Shown here: positions 48,977 to 60,440 of the stretch, piece by piece | How positions within the stretch are numbered: position 1 is the stretch's first letter | Layout of the letters: each line of letters begins with the position of its first letter | Source of the DNA: Spirochaetia bacterium | GTDB lineage: Bacteria; Spirochaetota; Spirochaetia; CADAEX01 | DNA: 64,000 nucleotides | Assembly: GCA_963662795.1 (NCBI GenBank) | Contig: OY759746.1 | Span: 2,752,001 to 2,816,000, forward strand | Direction: 5' to 3' | Translations under genes and position numbers: made by a program | Notes under the pieces: model-generated | Databases searched by the model: none | The model's input: only the letters and a program-made list of their open reading frames with translations | What the model was told of the DNA's origin: nothing

Positions 48977-49921
48977 ATGAGAATAAAATTCTGGGGTGTA
49001 AGAGGTTCTATTCCTGTACCGTTGACCAATAACCAGCTGCAAAGAAAAATATCTGCTGTTGTACAGCAGATAAAAGCTGAAGATCTTCGCTCTCCCGAAA
49101 CAAGGGAACTTTTTTTATCCCGGCTTCCTGATTATATCTTTACAACTGTCGGCGGCAACACAACCTGTATCCAGGTGACTTTGGCTGATGATACAATGAT
49201 AATATTTGATGCAGGATCAGGAATAAGGGAACTCGGCGCATCTCTTGCCAGACAGAACAGGCACATAAGGCATTATCATATCTTTTTTACCCATTTTCAC
49301 TGGGATCACATTCAGGGACTTCCTTTCTTTGCGCCTCAGGTCTATAATTCCGATTGTTCCATTACGTTTTACAGTCCGCTTCAAAACCTTAGGGAAATCC
49401 TTTCATATCAGATGAAACCTCCCTATTTCCCGATTACAATGGATTTATTCAGTGCAAAAATTAATTATGTTGTACTTCCGCCGGAAGGGATTAGTTTTGG
49501 AAATGCAAAGCTTACATACCGCGGTGTAAACCACCCCGGCGGATGCTTTTCGTATAAAGTGTCTGAAAACGGACGGAATTTTATTTTTTCCACAGATACG
49601 GAGCTCCGGGAAGGGGATTTTATAAAGAATAATGATACATGCAATTTCTACAATAATACATCCATGCTTGTCCTTGATACCCAGTATACCCTGGACGAGG
49701 CTATTGACAAATATGACTGGGGGCATACTTCTTTCAGTCTCGGTGTAGATTTCGCGGCTGAATGGAGAGTTGAAAAACTCGCACTTTTCCATCACGAACC
49801 GCTTTACGAAGACAGGAAAATTTATGATATTTTAGATAAAGCCCGGTGGTATGCTGAAAACCTGTATAATTATAGTCCTCAGTTGCTTGTAGCGCGTGAA
49901 GGGCTTGAATTAGAGGTATAA
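48977..49921 (+). CDS. MBL-fold metallo-hydrolase (RNase Z/cAMP-PDE-like)
   Basis: FWGVRGSIP, GGNTTC, THFHWDHIQG, WGH, LFHHEP. Confidence 0.9.
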   Translation: MRIKFWGVRGSIPVPLTNNQLQRKISAVVQQIKAEDLRSPETRELFLSRLPDYIFTTVGGNTTCIQVTLADDTMIIFDAGSGIRELGASLARQNRHIRHYHIFFTHFHWDHIQGLPFFAPQVYNSDCSITFYSPLQNLREILSYQMKPPYFPITMDLFSAKINYVVLPPEGISFGNAKLTYRGVNHPGGCFSYKVSENGRNFIFSTDTELREGDFIKNNDTCNFYNNTSMLVLDTQYTLDEAIDKYDWGHTSFSLGVDFAAEWRVEKLALFHHEPLYEDRKIYDILDKARWYAENLYNYSPQLLVAREGLELEV

Positions 49922-49924
49922 ATT

Positions 49925-50086
49925 TTGGAATTAAAACAGGAAGAAAAAAGAGCTCTTTGCGTATTCCTCAGAAAACATGAACAGGAACTGTGCAGGGAGC
50001 TCTATTCCCTTAAATACCGTCTTGAAAAAGAGCTTTTCAATTCTCTCACAATTGAAGAAATCCAGGTACTTGATAAGCCAGTTTAA
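49925..50086 (+). CDS. 53-aa small helical protein (not in ORF track)
   Basis: SD AGAGGT, TTG start 3 nt after MBL stop; MELKQEEKRALCVFLRKHEQELCRELYSLKYRLEKELFNSLTIEEIQVLDKPV*. Confidence 0.55.
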   Translation: MELKQEEKRALCVFLRKHEQELCRELYSLKYRLEKELFNSLTIEEIQVLDKPV

Positions 50087-50190
50087 AACTCTTCCGTAAT
50101 GCCTGAAATTAAAAATCAATCAAGTTAACGGAAAAACAGGAAATCCTGTTATATACTTTGATGCATATGAAAACAATAGGGAGAATTTTT

Positions 50191-53100
50191 ATGAAAAACA
50201 GATTAACAGGAAGAATTTTCATAGTATTGTTTCTTATATTAGTGTTTTCTGCTGACTACATTTATGCTGATTATAACCCTGTACCGGGCGGGGATCTTTT
50301 CTATGATCTTTTATCTCCTTCACTGGCCTCCTCGGGCAGTTCTCTTGTAACACTTGATTCTCCTTTGGCCTCTCTCAACAATCCTGCGGCAGCAGGTTAT
50401 CTGCAGCGTTTTACAGGCGAGCTTGCATATACTGCCATAAACGGCAATGACAGCAGCGAGGGCTGGGGCAATATTGCTGCTGCCGGAATATCTGCGCCGG
50501 GTAAGGCCGGGGTATTAAGCTCTTCTCTTTACATTATTGACAGCAATTTCAGCTATTTGAACTCTGTATTTTTTGCCGGCGGTGCTGTCTCTTATGCTAA
50601 AGACCTTTACGAAAACCTGTCGGTCGGCGCCGGATTAAATATCGGGGCAGGCGGCAGCGGCGGTTCCGACTGGATGCTTTCTCTTGATTTTGGTTTTATT
50701 CACTATCCGCAGCTTTTTTTAAGCGACAGGAATTTCAGATGGGCGGGTGTCATTAAAAACCTCGGGAAGGGATTTGAGCCGGATAATGAGTTTTCTCCCA
50801 TGCCGTCGTTGTATACTCCGGGGCTGGGATTCGGAATTAATCTTTTTCAGTCAGATAAATTCGAGGCGGATTTTACCACGGATATCCTTTTCCCTGCGTT
50901 CAGAAACGTAAAGCTTGATACAGGAGCGTCTTTTACATTTGCCAATTCATTGAAACTGAGCCTTTCTTCAAAATTCGATTTTAATAATATTAATGACAAT
51001 GGTTCTGATTTTGTCAATTTTGCCCCGACCATAGGCCTTTCATACGGATTTAAAACAAACCTTGAAAGCCTTAATATTAAAGCTCTTAATGAAAGGGAGT
51101 GGAACAGGACAGAGCTTATAACAGATGCGGCCGTTACTGTTCTCGCGGAAGATGTTACAGCTGTGGGGGCAGGCCTTAGAATTCCTTTTGGCGCCAAAGA
51201 CAATAAAGGGCCGTCCGTTAAACTTGAATATGAGGATATTCAGTATATTTCACCTAATAATGACGGGATTCAGGATCTGCTGGTTATTCCGCTTAAAATT
51301 GATGATGAAAGATATATAAAAGGATACAGCTTCACTATTTACGATAAAGACGGGAAGGAAATCAGGAACTATGTAAACAAGGAAGAGCGCCCTGAAAATA
51401 TTACCTTTAAAAACATTCTTGACCGCCTCTTTTATGTAAAATCAGGTATCGCAGTTCCTGATACCCTGGTATGGGATGGAACTGATAACAACAGGATAAC
51501 TGTTCCTGACGGGACATACAGCTTCCGGATTGAATCATGGGATGATAACGGCAATAAAACAGTGACAAAAAGCTTTAAGACGGAGCTGGATAATCTTGAG
51601 CCTGATTTAATAATTGAAAAAAATATTTCTGCAGCCGAACGGATTTTTTCTCCCAATAATGACGGGAGCAAGGATATTTTTACAATAAGGCAGAGCGGTT
51701 CAACTGAAGCCGTCTGGAAAGGGGAAATAACTGACAACAGGGGTACAGTTGTAAAAACATATGATTTCAGCGGAAAGGCCCCTGTGGACATATACTGGGA
51801 CGGCAGGGGAGACAGCGGTATCCTGTCTGATGACGGTGTTTATACCTACAGGATTACAGGAAAAGATCTTGCAGGCAACTCAGCAGAAGGTATTGTTGAA
51901 AATATAATTATCAGCACAATACAGACCCCGGCATACCTTGGTATTTCAGCTTCAGCGTTCTCGCCGAACAGCGACGGTGTAAAGGATACAATTGATTTTT
52001 TGATTGATGTACCGGTCCGGACAGGTGTACAGGGCTGGACTCTTGATATTGTTTCTGAAGCTGACGGGAAAAATGCCGCGACAATAGAGGGGCTTAATAC
52101 TATCCCTTATCTATATACTTTTGACGGCCGTACAGGTTCCGGCACAGCTGCCGGCAGCCGCAGACTTCTTGCGGAAGGCGTATATAGAGGAAAATTTCAG
52201 GTAATATATGAAAACGGAAATATGCCTGAAGTACTTTCTCCGCGGTTTATAATTGATATTACACCGCCGGCAGCATCGGTAAATTCTGAATATCCTGTGT
52301 TCTCACCCAATAATGACGGCAGTAAGGATACTTTAAGCCTCAGGATGAATGCAACTTCCGAAGAGGTATGGAAAGGAACAGTAAGTGATGAGAGTGGAAA
52401 AATCAGGAGGGAATTTAACTGGAAAGGGAATGTACCTTCCGATTTTAAATGGGGCGGAACCGGAGATGAAGGCAAACTGCTTGCTGATGGAAAGTATTTC
52501 TTTGAACTTTCATCTTCCGATGCCGCAGGGAACAGCGGTTCTTCCGGAAAAATTGAATTTTTTATCGATACGGAAGAAACTCCTGTCCTTATAACAGCAA
52601 GTACAGACGCTTTTTCCCCCAACAGCGACGGGGTTAAGGATTCAGTAATTTTTTATCCCCAGATTGCGAAAAATGAAGGAATTGAAAATTATTCCCTGAC
52701 AGTGAATGATAAAAGCGGCAGGACCGTATTTATAAAAGAGGGGAAAGACCCGGTTCCGCAGCAGATAGCCTGGGACGGTAAAGATGAATCCGGAAAGATA
52801 ACTGAAGGGCTTTATAAGGCGGAAATTGTTCTGTTATATGTTAACGGGAACAAACCTTCATCGGCTACAGGCCTTTTTACACTGGATGTAACATATCCGG
52901 TAATTACACTTGAAACAGAATACCTCCTTTTTTCACCTGACGGAGACGGAAAACGTGATTCTGTTCCTGTGAAAATGATAAATCCGTCAGCGGAAAAAGA
53001 ATGGCTGGTAACAGTTTATGATACTGCAGGTAAAAGTGTTAATGAAAAATATCTTGAAGGCCGGCCTTCCGGTTATATCTGGGATGGAAGGGACAGGCAC

Positions 53101-54255
53101 GGTAACCTGATGAAAAACGGGTTTTACGGAATAAAAGTCCAGTCGGAAGATGCGGCCGGGAACAGGACTGTGAAAGAGATTATAAATATAGAGCTTGACA
53201 ACAGGCCTACAACGGCAATTGCGTCAGTAGAAAGGGATGGGTTTTCACCAAACAGCGACAATCTTTTCGATACTATCCGCTTTGATCTGATCAGTTCTCC
53301 GGAAGTGCCGGTTGATTCATGGTCTCTTGATATTATCTCTTCTTCAGGAACAGCTGTAAAAAAATTCACCGGATCCTCTGCAGTTCCGGGAATAGTAATC
53401 TGGGACGGAAAAGCAGATTTGCTTTCTGTAAAAGATGATAATTACACGGCAGAACTAACAGTAAGTTATAAAAAGGGAGATATCCGTAAATCCGGGACAA
53501 GAAGTTTTGCACTTGATACAACTCCTCCATCGGCTGAGGTTGTCCTTTCTCCTTATCTTTTTTCGCCGGATAATGACGGAGTTGACGATGAGCTTGACAT
53601 CAGGATAAGCCTGAAAGACAGGAGCGGTATAAAAGACTGGAAAATGGAGATTTCAGACCCGTATCTTAACAGTTTCAGGAAATTCAGCGGCAGGGGAATG
53701 CCTTCCGGAAAGATTGTATGGGACGGAATGTCTGAAGGGGGAGAACTTGTTCAGGCTGCTGAGGATTATCCTTATACGCTTACTGCGTCTGACACCCTCG
53801 GCAATAAAGTAACTGCTTCAGGTATTATCCCGATTGATGTTCTTGTTGTCAGGGACGGAAATAATCTCAAAATAAAGATATCAAGCATAAATTTCTCGCC
53901 TAACAGCCCGGAACTTGTAACCGATATTCCTGAGATAAAGGAAAAAAATGAAAAAATAATTGACAGGCTTGCTGAAATATTGAATAAATATTCCGCATAT
54001 AAAATTAAAATTGAAGGACATGCCAATAATATGAGCTGGTATGATCCGGTCAAGGCGGCAAAAGAGCAGAAAGAAGAGCTTCTCCCCCTGTCAGATGCCA
54101 GATGTGAAACAGTCAAAAAAATTCTGACACAGAAAGGGGTTTCTGCCGAAAGGATGAGTAAGCAGGGAGTAGGCGGAAGCAGCCCTGTTGTTCCATTTGA
54201 AGATGCTGCCAACAGGTGGAAAAACAGAAGAGTAGAGTTCATACTTATAAAATAG
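50191..54255 (+). CDS. Large envelope protein: N-terminal beta-barrel-like domain, 8 FlgD-Ig/CHU_C-like repeats, C-terminal OmpA domain
   Basis: NNPAAAG N-terminal motif; 8 x (F/I)SP(N/D)xD(G/N) with WDG; OmpA IEGHAN..LSDAR..NRRVEF. Confidence 0.85.
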   Translation: MKNRLTGRIFIVLFLILVFSADYIYADYNPVPGGDLFYDLLSPSLASSGSSLVTLDSPLASLNNPAAAGYLQRFTGELAYTAINGNDSSEGWGNIAAAGISAPGKAGVLSSSLYIIDSNFSYLNSVFFAGGAVSYAKDLYENLSVGAGLNIGAGGSGGSDWMLSLDFGFIHYPQLFLSDRNFRWAGVIKNLGKGFEPDNEFSPMPSLYTPGLGFGINLFQSDKFEADFTTDILFPAFRNVKLDTGASFTFANSLKLSLSSKFDFNNINDNGSDFVNFAPTIGLSYGFKTNLESLNIKALNEREWNRTELITDAAVTVLAEDVTAVGAGLRIPFGAKDNKGPSVKLEYEDIQYISPNNDGIQDLLVIPLKIDDERYIKGYSFTIYDKDGKEIRNYVNKEERPENITFKNILDRLFYVKSGIAVPDTLVWDGTDNNRITVPDGTYSFRIESWDDNGNKTVTKSFKTELDNLEPDLIIEKNISAAERIFSPNNDGSKDIFTIRQSGSTEAVWKGEITDNRGTVVKTYDFSGKAPVDIYWDGRGDSGILSDDGVYTYRITGKDLAGNSAEGIVENIIISTIQTPAYLGISASAFSPNSDGVKDTIDFLIDVPVRTGVQGWTLDIVSEADGKNAATIEGLNTIPYLYTFDGRTGSGTAAGSRRLLAEGVYRGKFQVIYENGNMPEVLSPRFIIDITPPAASVNSEYPVFSPNNDGSKDTLSLRMNATSEEVWKGTVSDESGKIRREFNWKGNVPSDFKWGGTGDEGKLLADGKYFFELSSSDAAGNSGSSGKIEFFIDTEETPVLITASTDAFSPNSDGVKDSVIFYPQIAKNEGIENYSLTVNDKSGRTVFIKEGKDPVPQQIAWDGKDESGKITEGLYKAEIVLLYVNGNKPSSATGLFTLDVTYPVITLETEYLLFSPDGDGKRDSVPVKMINPSAEKEWLVTVYDTAGKSVNEKYLEGRPSGYIWDGRDRHGNLMKNGFYGIKVQSEDAAGNRTVKEIINIELDNRPTTAIASVERDGFSPNSDNLFDTIRFDLISSPEVPVDSWSLDIISSSGTAVKKFTGSSAVPGIVIWDGKADLLSVKDDNYTAELTVSYKKGDIRKSGTRSFALDTTPPSAEVVLSPYLFSPDNDGVDDELDIRISLKDRSGIKDWKMEISDPYLNSFRKFSGRGMPSGKIVWDGMSEGGELVQAAEDYPYTLTASDTLGNKVTASGIIPIDVLVVRDGNNLKIKISSINFSPNSPELVTDIPEIKEKNEKIIDRLAEILNKYSAYKIKIEGHANNMSWYDPVKAAKEQKEELLPLSDARCETVKKILTQKGVSAERMSKQGVGGSSPVVPFEDAANRWKNRRVEFILIK

Positions 54256-54270
54256 GTGAAAACAGGAGAC

Positions 54271-54306
54271 AAAAGCCCTTGTTTCCTTCATGAAATGAGG
54301 GCTTTT
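54271..54306 (+). terminator. Terminator
   Basis: AAAAGCCCT...AGGGCTTTT. Confidence 0.65.
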
Positions 54307-54330
54307 CGTTGACAGTCGGGAGAAATTTAT

Positions 54331-55344
54331 TTGAAAAAATCTTTTGGGATAACTGTGGTAATTATACTTGCAACGCTTTTGGCTTCAGGGATTCTGTTTA
54401 TATATTATGATTCGCCTGTTTCAGCCGATCCGGCCGAAGGTGTAATAGTTGAGATTGGAAAAGGCGAAACACTAAGGTCAATCTCGGAAAATCTTGCTGA
54501 AAAAAAGCTGATACGGTCTCCTTTCTTGCTTCAGATAATAAGCAGAATAAAAGGGACTGATATGAAAATGAAAAGCGGTCAGTACAGCATCAGAAGCAGT
54601 ATGAGCACTCTCTCTATTCATAATCTTATTGTCTCAGGCTCAGGTCTTCTTTACAAGATAACAGTTCCGGAAGGACTTACCTCATCACGTATTTCCCTGA
54701 TTATGGAAAAAAACAGGATATCAAGCGCCGCTGATTTTATTACTGCTGTAAACGACAAGGAAATAATAGCAAAATTCAATATCAACTCCGATTCCCTTGA
54801 AGGTTATCTGTTTCCCGATTCCTATCTTTTTCCGCAAAACTACCCTGCCGAGAAGGTTGTCTCATTTATGGTTGAAAATTTTTTCAGGCAGCTTGAATCA
54901 ATCTATCCGGGTTACCGGACTCTTTTGGCAGAAGAGATAAGGGAAAAGATAACAATTGCTTCCATAGTCGAAAGGGAATACCGTGTCGAAAAAGAGGCGC
55001 CCCTTATTGCTTCAGTGTTTTTTAACAGGATTAATAAAAAAATTCCGCTCGGTTCCTGTGCGACAGTAGAATATGTCATAACCGAAATCCAGAAGAAACC
55101 GCATCCGGAATTTCTTACTTATGATGATATTGCGATTGCTTCTCCCTACAATACATATATCCACAGGGGCCTTCCTCCGTCCCCAATAAGCAATCCCGGG
55201 CGGATTGCGATAAATGCAGCTTTTAATCCGGCTGAGTCTGATTTTTTATATTTTCTTTTAAAGGACAGGACCTCAGGAGAGCATTTCTTTTCAAGAAAGC
55301 TTTCGGAACATAATGAAGCCAGAGTTTTGTATTTGAAGAAGTAA
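54331..55344 (+). CDS. mltG: Endolytic transglycosylase MltG
   Basis: ITVPEG, LEGYLFPDSY, IASIVERE, SPYNTY, GLPPSPISNPG. Confidence 0.95.
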   Translation: MKKSFGITVVIILATLLASGILFIYYDSPVSADPAEGVIVEIGKGETLRSISENLAEKKLIRSPFLLQIISRIKGTDMKMKSGQYSIRSSMSTLSIHNLIVSGSGLLYKITVPEGLTSSRISLIMEKNRISSAADFITAVNDKEIIAKFNINSDSLEGYLFPDSYLFPQNYPAEKVVSFMVENFFRQLESIYPGYRTLLAEEIREKITIASIVEREYRVEKEAPLIASVFFNRINKKIPLGSCATVEYVITEIQKKPHPEFLTYDDIAIASPYNTYIHRGLPPSPISNPGRIAINAAFNPAESDFLYFLLKDRTSGEHFFSRKLSEHNEARVLYLKK

Positions 55345-55348
55345 ACAG

Positions 55349-57133
55349 ATGTTTATACCTGAAGAAATAATCAACGAAATTGCCGACAAAACAGATATAG
55401 CCGATATAATCGGCAGTTACATAACACTTAGAAGAACTGGCAAGAATCTTACCGGCCTGTGCCCGTTCCATACGGAAAAGACACCTTCTTTTTCTGTTAC
55501 GCCGGAAAAAGGGATGTTCTACTGCTTTGGGTGCCAGAAAAGCGGAAATGTATTCAGTTTTATCATGGAAATGGAAAAACTCACCTTTCCTGAAGCAGTA
55601 CAGTATCTGGCACAGAAAGCCGGAATAAGCCTCGATATTGATGACAGGGAAAATGCTTCTGCCGAAAACACCTTCAGACGGCAGCTTTATGATCTTTATG
55701 AGAAGGTCTCTTTAAGCTTTCATTATATATTGACAAAAAAAGATTCTTCAGAGGAAGCGCTGAAATATCTGAAGGAGAGGGGGATAAATCCGGAAACAGT
55801 TGAGAAATTCCGCCTCGGCTATGCGCCCGGGGACAGGCGCTGGCTTTTTGATTTTCTGAAAAAGAAAAGTTATTCGGAGGATTTTCTTTCCAGATGCGGC
55901 CTTTTTTCCTCCAATTACCGGGGAGTTTCAATTTTTTCAGGCAGGATCATTTTTCCGATTATTTCTAAATCAGGCAGGGTAATTGCTTTCGGGGGCCGTT
56001 CCCCGGACAGCTCACCGCCTAAATATATAAATTCACCGGAAACACCAATTTTCAGAAAGAGCGATGAGCTTTACGGTTTTAACCTTGCTCAGAAAGAGAT
56101 AAGAAAGAATGATTCCGTATTTATCGTGGAGGGGTATATGGATACCATGGCAATGGTCCAGGCCGGTATAGAAAATACTGTAGCGCCCCTTGGGACTGCG
56201 TTTACAGAAAACCACGCCAATATTATACTTAAAAACTGTTCAGCCGTTGTTCTTGTATTTGACGGAGATGAAGCGGGACTTAAAGCTACCGTGAAAAGTT
56301 CCTATATCTGTGAAAAAGCAGGGCTCGAATGCAGTGTTGTCGAACTTCCGGCCGGAAGCGACCCTGCAGATATTATGAAAAATTCCGGTGCAGAGGCGTT
56401 GAAAAATATTTTAAAATATCCTATAAATTGTTTTGACTTTCTTTTAAATAAATATAAAGATATTTATGATCTCACAAGAGAGGACGGAATTAAAAGTTTT
56501 TTAAACAGATTGTTTATGTTTGTTTCCATTCAGGAGTCTGAAGTCCGAAGGACAGGAAGGCTTAAAGCTCTTTCCGAAGCGCTTAACATGGATTACAGAC
56601 CTGTTTATGATGATTTTACAAGTTATATAAAAAAAGATTTCAAAAACAAGACCGAATCCGGCGTTGCAACCGGAGGGTGGCAGGGAATATCTTCTGAATT
56701 ATATTTAATGCTTGCCGTAGTAGATAATTATGATTATTTTTACATGATTCGTGATGAGTTTTCTATTGATGATATACAGGATACAGCAGCAAGAAATTTA
56801 TATATAATCCTTGAAGAGTGCTACAGAAACAATTCTTTTTCACTGGAAATTGTATTAGAAAAAATTGATAATCAGGATCTGAAAAAGCTGGTCGCAAAAA
56901 AGCTTTCATCCGATGAATTTACCATGAATCCAAAGCAATTTATCGATGATAGTATTAATATGATTAAATTGAAAAATCTGCAAATGAAGAGGCTGCAGCT
57001 GGAAAAAAAAATTGGAAAGGATAACGGGGCTGACCCATACAGCATGGAAAAACTGATTGCTGAAAAACTTTTTTATGATAAAGAAATTGAAAAACTAAAA
57101 GGAACTAATGGTAATGTCAGAGTTACTGAATGA
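55349..57133 (+). CDS. dnaG: DNA primase
   Basis: [36 protein letters not shown]. Confidence 0.97.
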   Translation: MFIPEEIINEIADKTDIADIIGSYITLRRTGKNLTGLCPFHTEKTPSFSVTPEKGMFYCFGCQKSGNVFSFIMEMEKLTFPEAVQYLAQKAGISLDIDDRENASAENTFRRQLYDLYEKVSLSFHYILTKKDSSEEALKYLKERGINPETVEKFRLGYAPGDRRWLFDFLKKKSYSEDFLSRCGLFSSNYRGVSIFSGRIIFPIISKSGRVIAFGGRSPDSSPPKYINSPETPIFRKSDELYGFNLAQKEIRKNDSVFIVEGYMDTMAMVQAGIENTVAPLGTAFTENHANIILKNCSAVVLVFDGDEAGLKATVKSSYICEKAGLECSVVELPAGSDPADIMKNSGAEALKNILKYPINCFDFLLNKYKDIYDLTREDGIKSFLNRLFMFVSIQESEVRRTGRLKALSEALNMDYRPVYDDFTSYIKKDFKNKTESGVATGGWQGISSELYLMLAVVDNYDYFYMIRDEFSIDDIQDTAARNLYIILEECYRNNSFSLEIVLEKIDNQDLKKLVAKKLSSDEFTMNPKQFIDDSINMIKLKNLQMKRLQLEKKIGKDNGADPYSMEKLIAEKLFYDKEIEKLKGTNGNVRVTE

Positions 57134-58856
57134 TCCCGCTGTCAGAAAAATTATTGAATACGGAAAATCAAAAAAGAAAATCACCTATGATGAACTTAAT
57201 GATTATCTGCCTGATTATATAGTTAACAGCGATAAAATCGAAGATGTTATAGCGCTTCTCGAAAAAAATAATATTGCTTTTGAAGAAGAGGAAGTTCAGC
57301 AGCAACCCCAGGAAGAAGAAGAGGAAGAAGATGAATTTGAGGAGAGAGAGACCAAAAGGGTAGTCTCATCCGAAAAAGATAATGCAATAGATGATCCTAT
57401 AAGGCTTTACCTGCGGGAAATCGGCAAGGAACACCTTTTAACAGCTGAACAGGAAGTTGAACTTTCCAAACAGATGGAAGAAGGGGAGAATATAATAAAA
57501 AGGGTTATCAGGGAGTCGGGAATGCTGATCCCTGAGTTTTTTGACCTTGCCCAGAAAACCTTTTCCCGTCTTGATCCCCGCGATATGGAACTTACCAAGA
57601 AAGAGATATCTGAACTCCTTGCTGAAAGAAGAAGGTTAAATCAGTTCTACCGCGATTCCCTTAAGGAATGCTATAACCTGCTTAAGCAGTACATAGAAAT
57701 TAAAAGAAAAATAATATCTCTCGGCGGAAGCATACTGGAAGACCCGGAATTGAAGCTGAAATCAACTCCGCTTCTTAATTATCTGAAAGGCGTAGAAATA
57801 CATCAGGATGAAATCCTTAAATTTTCAGAGAAATTTATCAATGCTGAGAAAAAGATAAAGAAATACATGAAGGAGCAGCTGAAGATAGAGCGGCGTCTTG
57901 GTGTTACAAACATGAGAGAACTGCGCAACCTCGGAAGAGGGCTTGCGACAACTTCAAAAAGGGCTGAAATTGAAGAAAAACTTCAGATGCCCTCAGATTC
58001 CATAAAAGAAAAGATCCGGATTATTCAGATCAATGAAAAGCGGCTCAGGGAAATGGAATCTGATTTTGAAAACTCGATTGATGATATACTCAAGATGGCC
58101 CAGGAAATTTCCTATGGCAGAATAATGATGAAAAATGCCAAGGACAGGCTTATCAAGGCAAACCTGAGACTTGTTGTCAGTATTGCTAAAAAATATACAA
58201 ACCGCGGACTCCACTTTTTTGATCTTGTTCAGGAAGGAAATATCGGTCTTATCAAGGCAGTTGAAAAATTTGAATACAGAAAGGGTTACAAATTTTCAAC
58301 ATATGCTACATGGTGGATCAGGCAGGCTATAACCCGCTCTATATCTGACCAGGCAAGAACTATCCGGGTACCTGTCCACATGATAGAACAGATAAACAAA
58401 GTTGTAAGGGAATCAAGACAGATTATGCAGATTCTCGGACGCGAGCCTACAGATGAGGAAATAGCAGAGCGGCTCGGGTGGTCTGTCAGCAGGGTAAAAG
58501 CGGTAAAAAATGTTGCAAGAGAGCCTATATCGCTTGAAACACCGATAGGGGAAGAGGAAGATTCACTCCTTGGAGACTTTATTGAAGATAAGGATGTTGA
58601 AAACCCGGCAACACAGACAGCCTTTACGCTTCTGCAGGAACAGCTGCAGGATGTCATGAAAACACTTCCCCCAAGAGAGCAGGAAGTGCTTAAGATGAGA
58701 TTCGGCCTTGAAGATGGGTACTCTCTTACTCTTGAGGAAGTGGGACTCTATTTCAATGTAACAAGAGAAAGAATAAGACAGATAGAAGCTAAAGCACTAA
58801 GGCGGCTGAGGCATCCGAAGAGGAGCAGACGCTTGAAAGATTATATAGATCAATAG
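57108..58856 (+). CDS. rpoD: RNA polymerase sigma factor RpoD
   Basis: [53 protein letters not shown]. Confidence 0.98.
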   Translation: MVMSELLNDPAVRKIIEYGKSKKKITYDELNDYLPDYIVNSDKIEDVIALLEKNNIAFEEEEVQQQPQEEEEEEDEFEERETKRVVSSEKDNAIDDPIRLYLREIGKEHLLTAEQEVELSKQMEEGENIIKRVIRESGMLIPEFFDLAQKTFSRLDPRDMELTKKEISELLAERRRLNQFYRDSLKECYNLLKQYIEIKRKIISLGGSILEDPELKLKSTPLLNYLKGVEIHQDEILKFSEKFINAEKKIKKYMKEQLKIERRLGVTNMRELRNLGRGLATTSKRAEIEEKLQMPSDSIKEKIRIIQINEKRLREMESDFENSIDDILKMAQEISYGRIMMKNAKDRLIKANLRLVVSIAKKYTNRGLHFFDLVQEGNIGLIKAVEKFEYRKGYKFSTYATWWIRQAITRSISDQARTIRVPVHMIEQINKVVRESRQIMQILGREPTDEEIAERLGWSVSRVKAVKNVAREPISLETPIGEEEDSLLGDFIEDKDVENPATQTAFTLLQEQLQDVMKTLPPREQEVLKMRFGLEDGYSLTLEEVGLYFNVTRERIRQIEAKALRRLRHPKRSRRLKDYIDQ

Positions 58857-58885
58857 ATAATAGAAACAATATCAGGAGTGTTGAA

Positions 58886-59998
58886 ATGATTCAGGAAGTG
58901 TTTGAAAAACTGCAAAATTTACAGGACATACTGCTTCAGAAATATGAGATTGAAAATGAAATCAGGGATATCCCCAAAGCCCTTGTTACAAAGAATGAGC
59001 TTTTGACAAGACTTAAAAAACAGTTTATTGAAAAGAGCAGCCTTCTTGAAAGAAAACAGGAAAAATGCAAATCGCTTCGCGACAAGCTGCGGGAAGCTGA
59101 AGAACTCAGGGAAAAGCATGAAAAAGACATGGATATTATCAAGACACAGCGGGAATATGAAGTTCTTGATAAAGCGATAAAGGAAGCTACAGAAAAGGAA
59201 CAGCAGCTGAGAAAAGATATCCTCAAGGAAGAGAAGGAAATTGAGGAATTAAATCAGTATATCGAAAGAGAAGAACAGTTGATCCGTCAGCAGGAAGAAG
59301 ACATGAAGGCTGAAGAGGAAAGGATTGAAAGTGAAAGCGGGGAAAAAAGGACTCTTCTTGTAAAGCTTGAAGAGGAAGAGAAATCCATTGTTCCCGGTCT
59401 TGATGATGAGATTCTTTTCAAGTTTGAAAGGATTATTAAAAATAAGTCAGGCCTGGGTATTGTCCCTGTCAAGGGGACTGTATGTACCGGCTGCCACATG
59501 ATACTTCCGGCTCAGTTCGTAAACGATGTAAGACAGGGTAATGAAATCCTGTTTTGTCCATACTGCAGCAGAATTCTGTTCCATATTGCTTCTGATGATA
59601 CTGATTTTATCACTTTCAAGGATAGCGATATTGGAGGTTTTTCTGATTATGAGGATTTTGACAACGATGAACCTCTTGATGACGATTATGAAGAAGATGT
59701 AATTGAAGATATTCACTCAACTTCCATAGTAAAAGGTGAACCGGCAATAAGGCATGCCGTAGAATTCGATTCAGATGATGATGAAATATTTGACGATGAA
59801 GAAGAAGAGTTCGAAGAAGAAGAAGAGTTCGAGGAAGAAGAAGAGTTCGAGGAAGAAGAGGAATTCGAGGAAGAAGATGCTGTAGACACTGATGAGGACG
59901 CGGACGAAGAAGACGAGGAAGCGGACCCGTCAGTGGACGCGGACGCTGATGAAGATGATGAGGACGAGGACCTGGACTCTGACGCAGATAGACTTTAG
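58886..59998 (+). CDS. Coiled-coil C4 zinc-ribbon protein (CT398/CdsZ/FlgZ-like) with long acidic tail
   Basis: Long coiled coil; CTGCHMILP..CPYCSRIL; D/E-rich C-terminus. Confidence 0.88.
   Translation: MIQEVFEKLQNLQDILLQKYEIENEIRDIPKALVTKNELLTRLKKQFIEKSSLLERKQEKCKSLRDKLREAEELREKHEKDMDIIKTQREYEVLDKAIKEATEKEQQLRKDILKEEKEIEELNQYIEREEQLIRQQEEDMKAEEERIESESGEKRTLLVKLEEEEKSIVPGLDDEILFKFERIIKNKSGLGIVPVKGTVCTGCHMILPAQFVNDVRQGNEILFCPYCSRILFHIASDDTDFITFKDSDIGGFSDYEDFDNDEPLDDDYEEDVIEDIHSTSIVKGEPAIRHAVEFDSDDDEIFDDEEEEFEEEEEFEEEEEFEEEEEFEEEDAVDTDEDADEEDEEADPSVDADADEDDEDEDLDSDADRL
59798..59869 (+). repeat. Coding tandem repeat, 4 x 18 bp (EEEEFE)
   Basis: GAAGAAGAAGAGTTCGAR units at 59798, 59816, 59834, and a degenerate unit at 59852. 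Confidence 0.95.
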
Positions 59999-60023
59999 GG
60001 CAGATATTATATAGAATTATATT

Positions 60024-60408
<385 letters not shown>

Positions 60409-60440
60409 TTTTTTGACTAATTATAGAGGAACAGATAAAA

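Noticed and set aside
59798-59869. Tandem repeat as a CRISPR array
   Set aside because: No spacers; it is an in-frame coding EEEEFE repeat; no cas genes.
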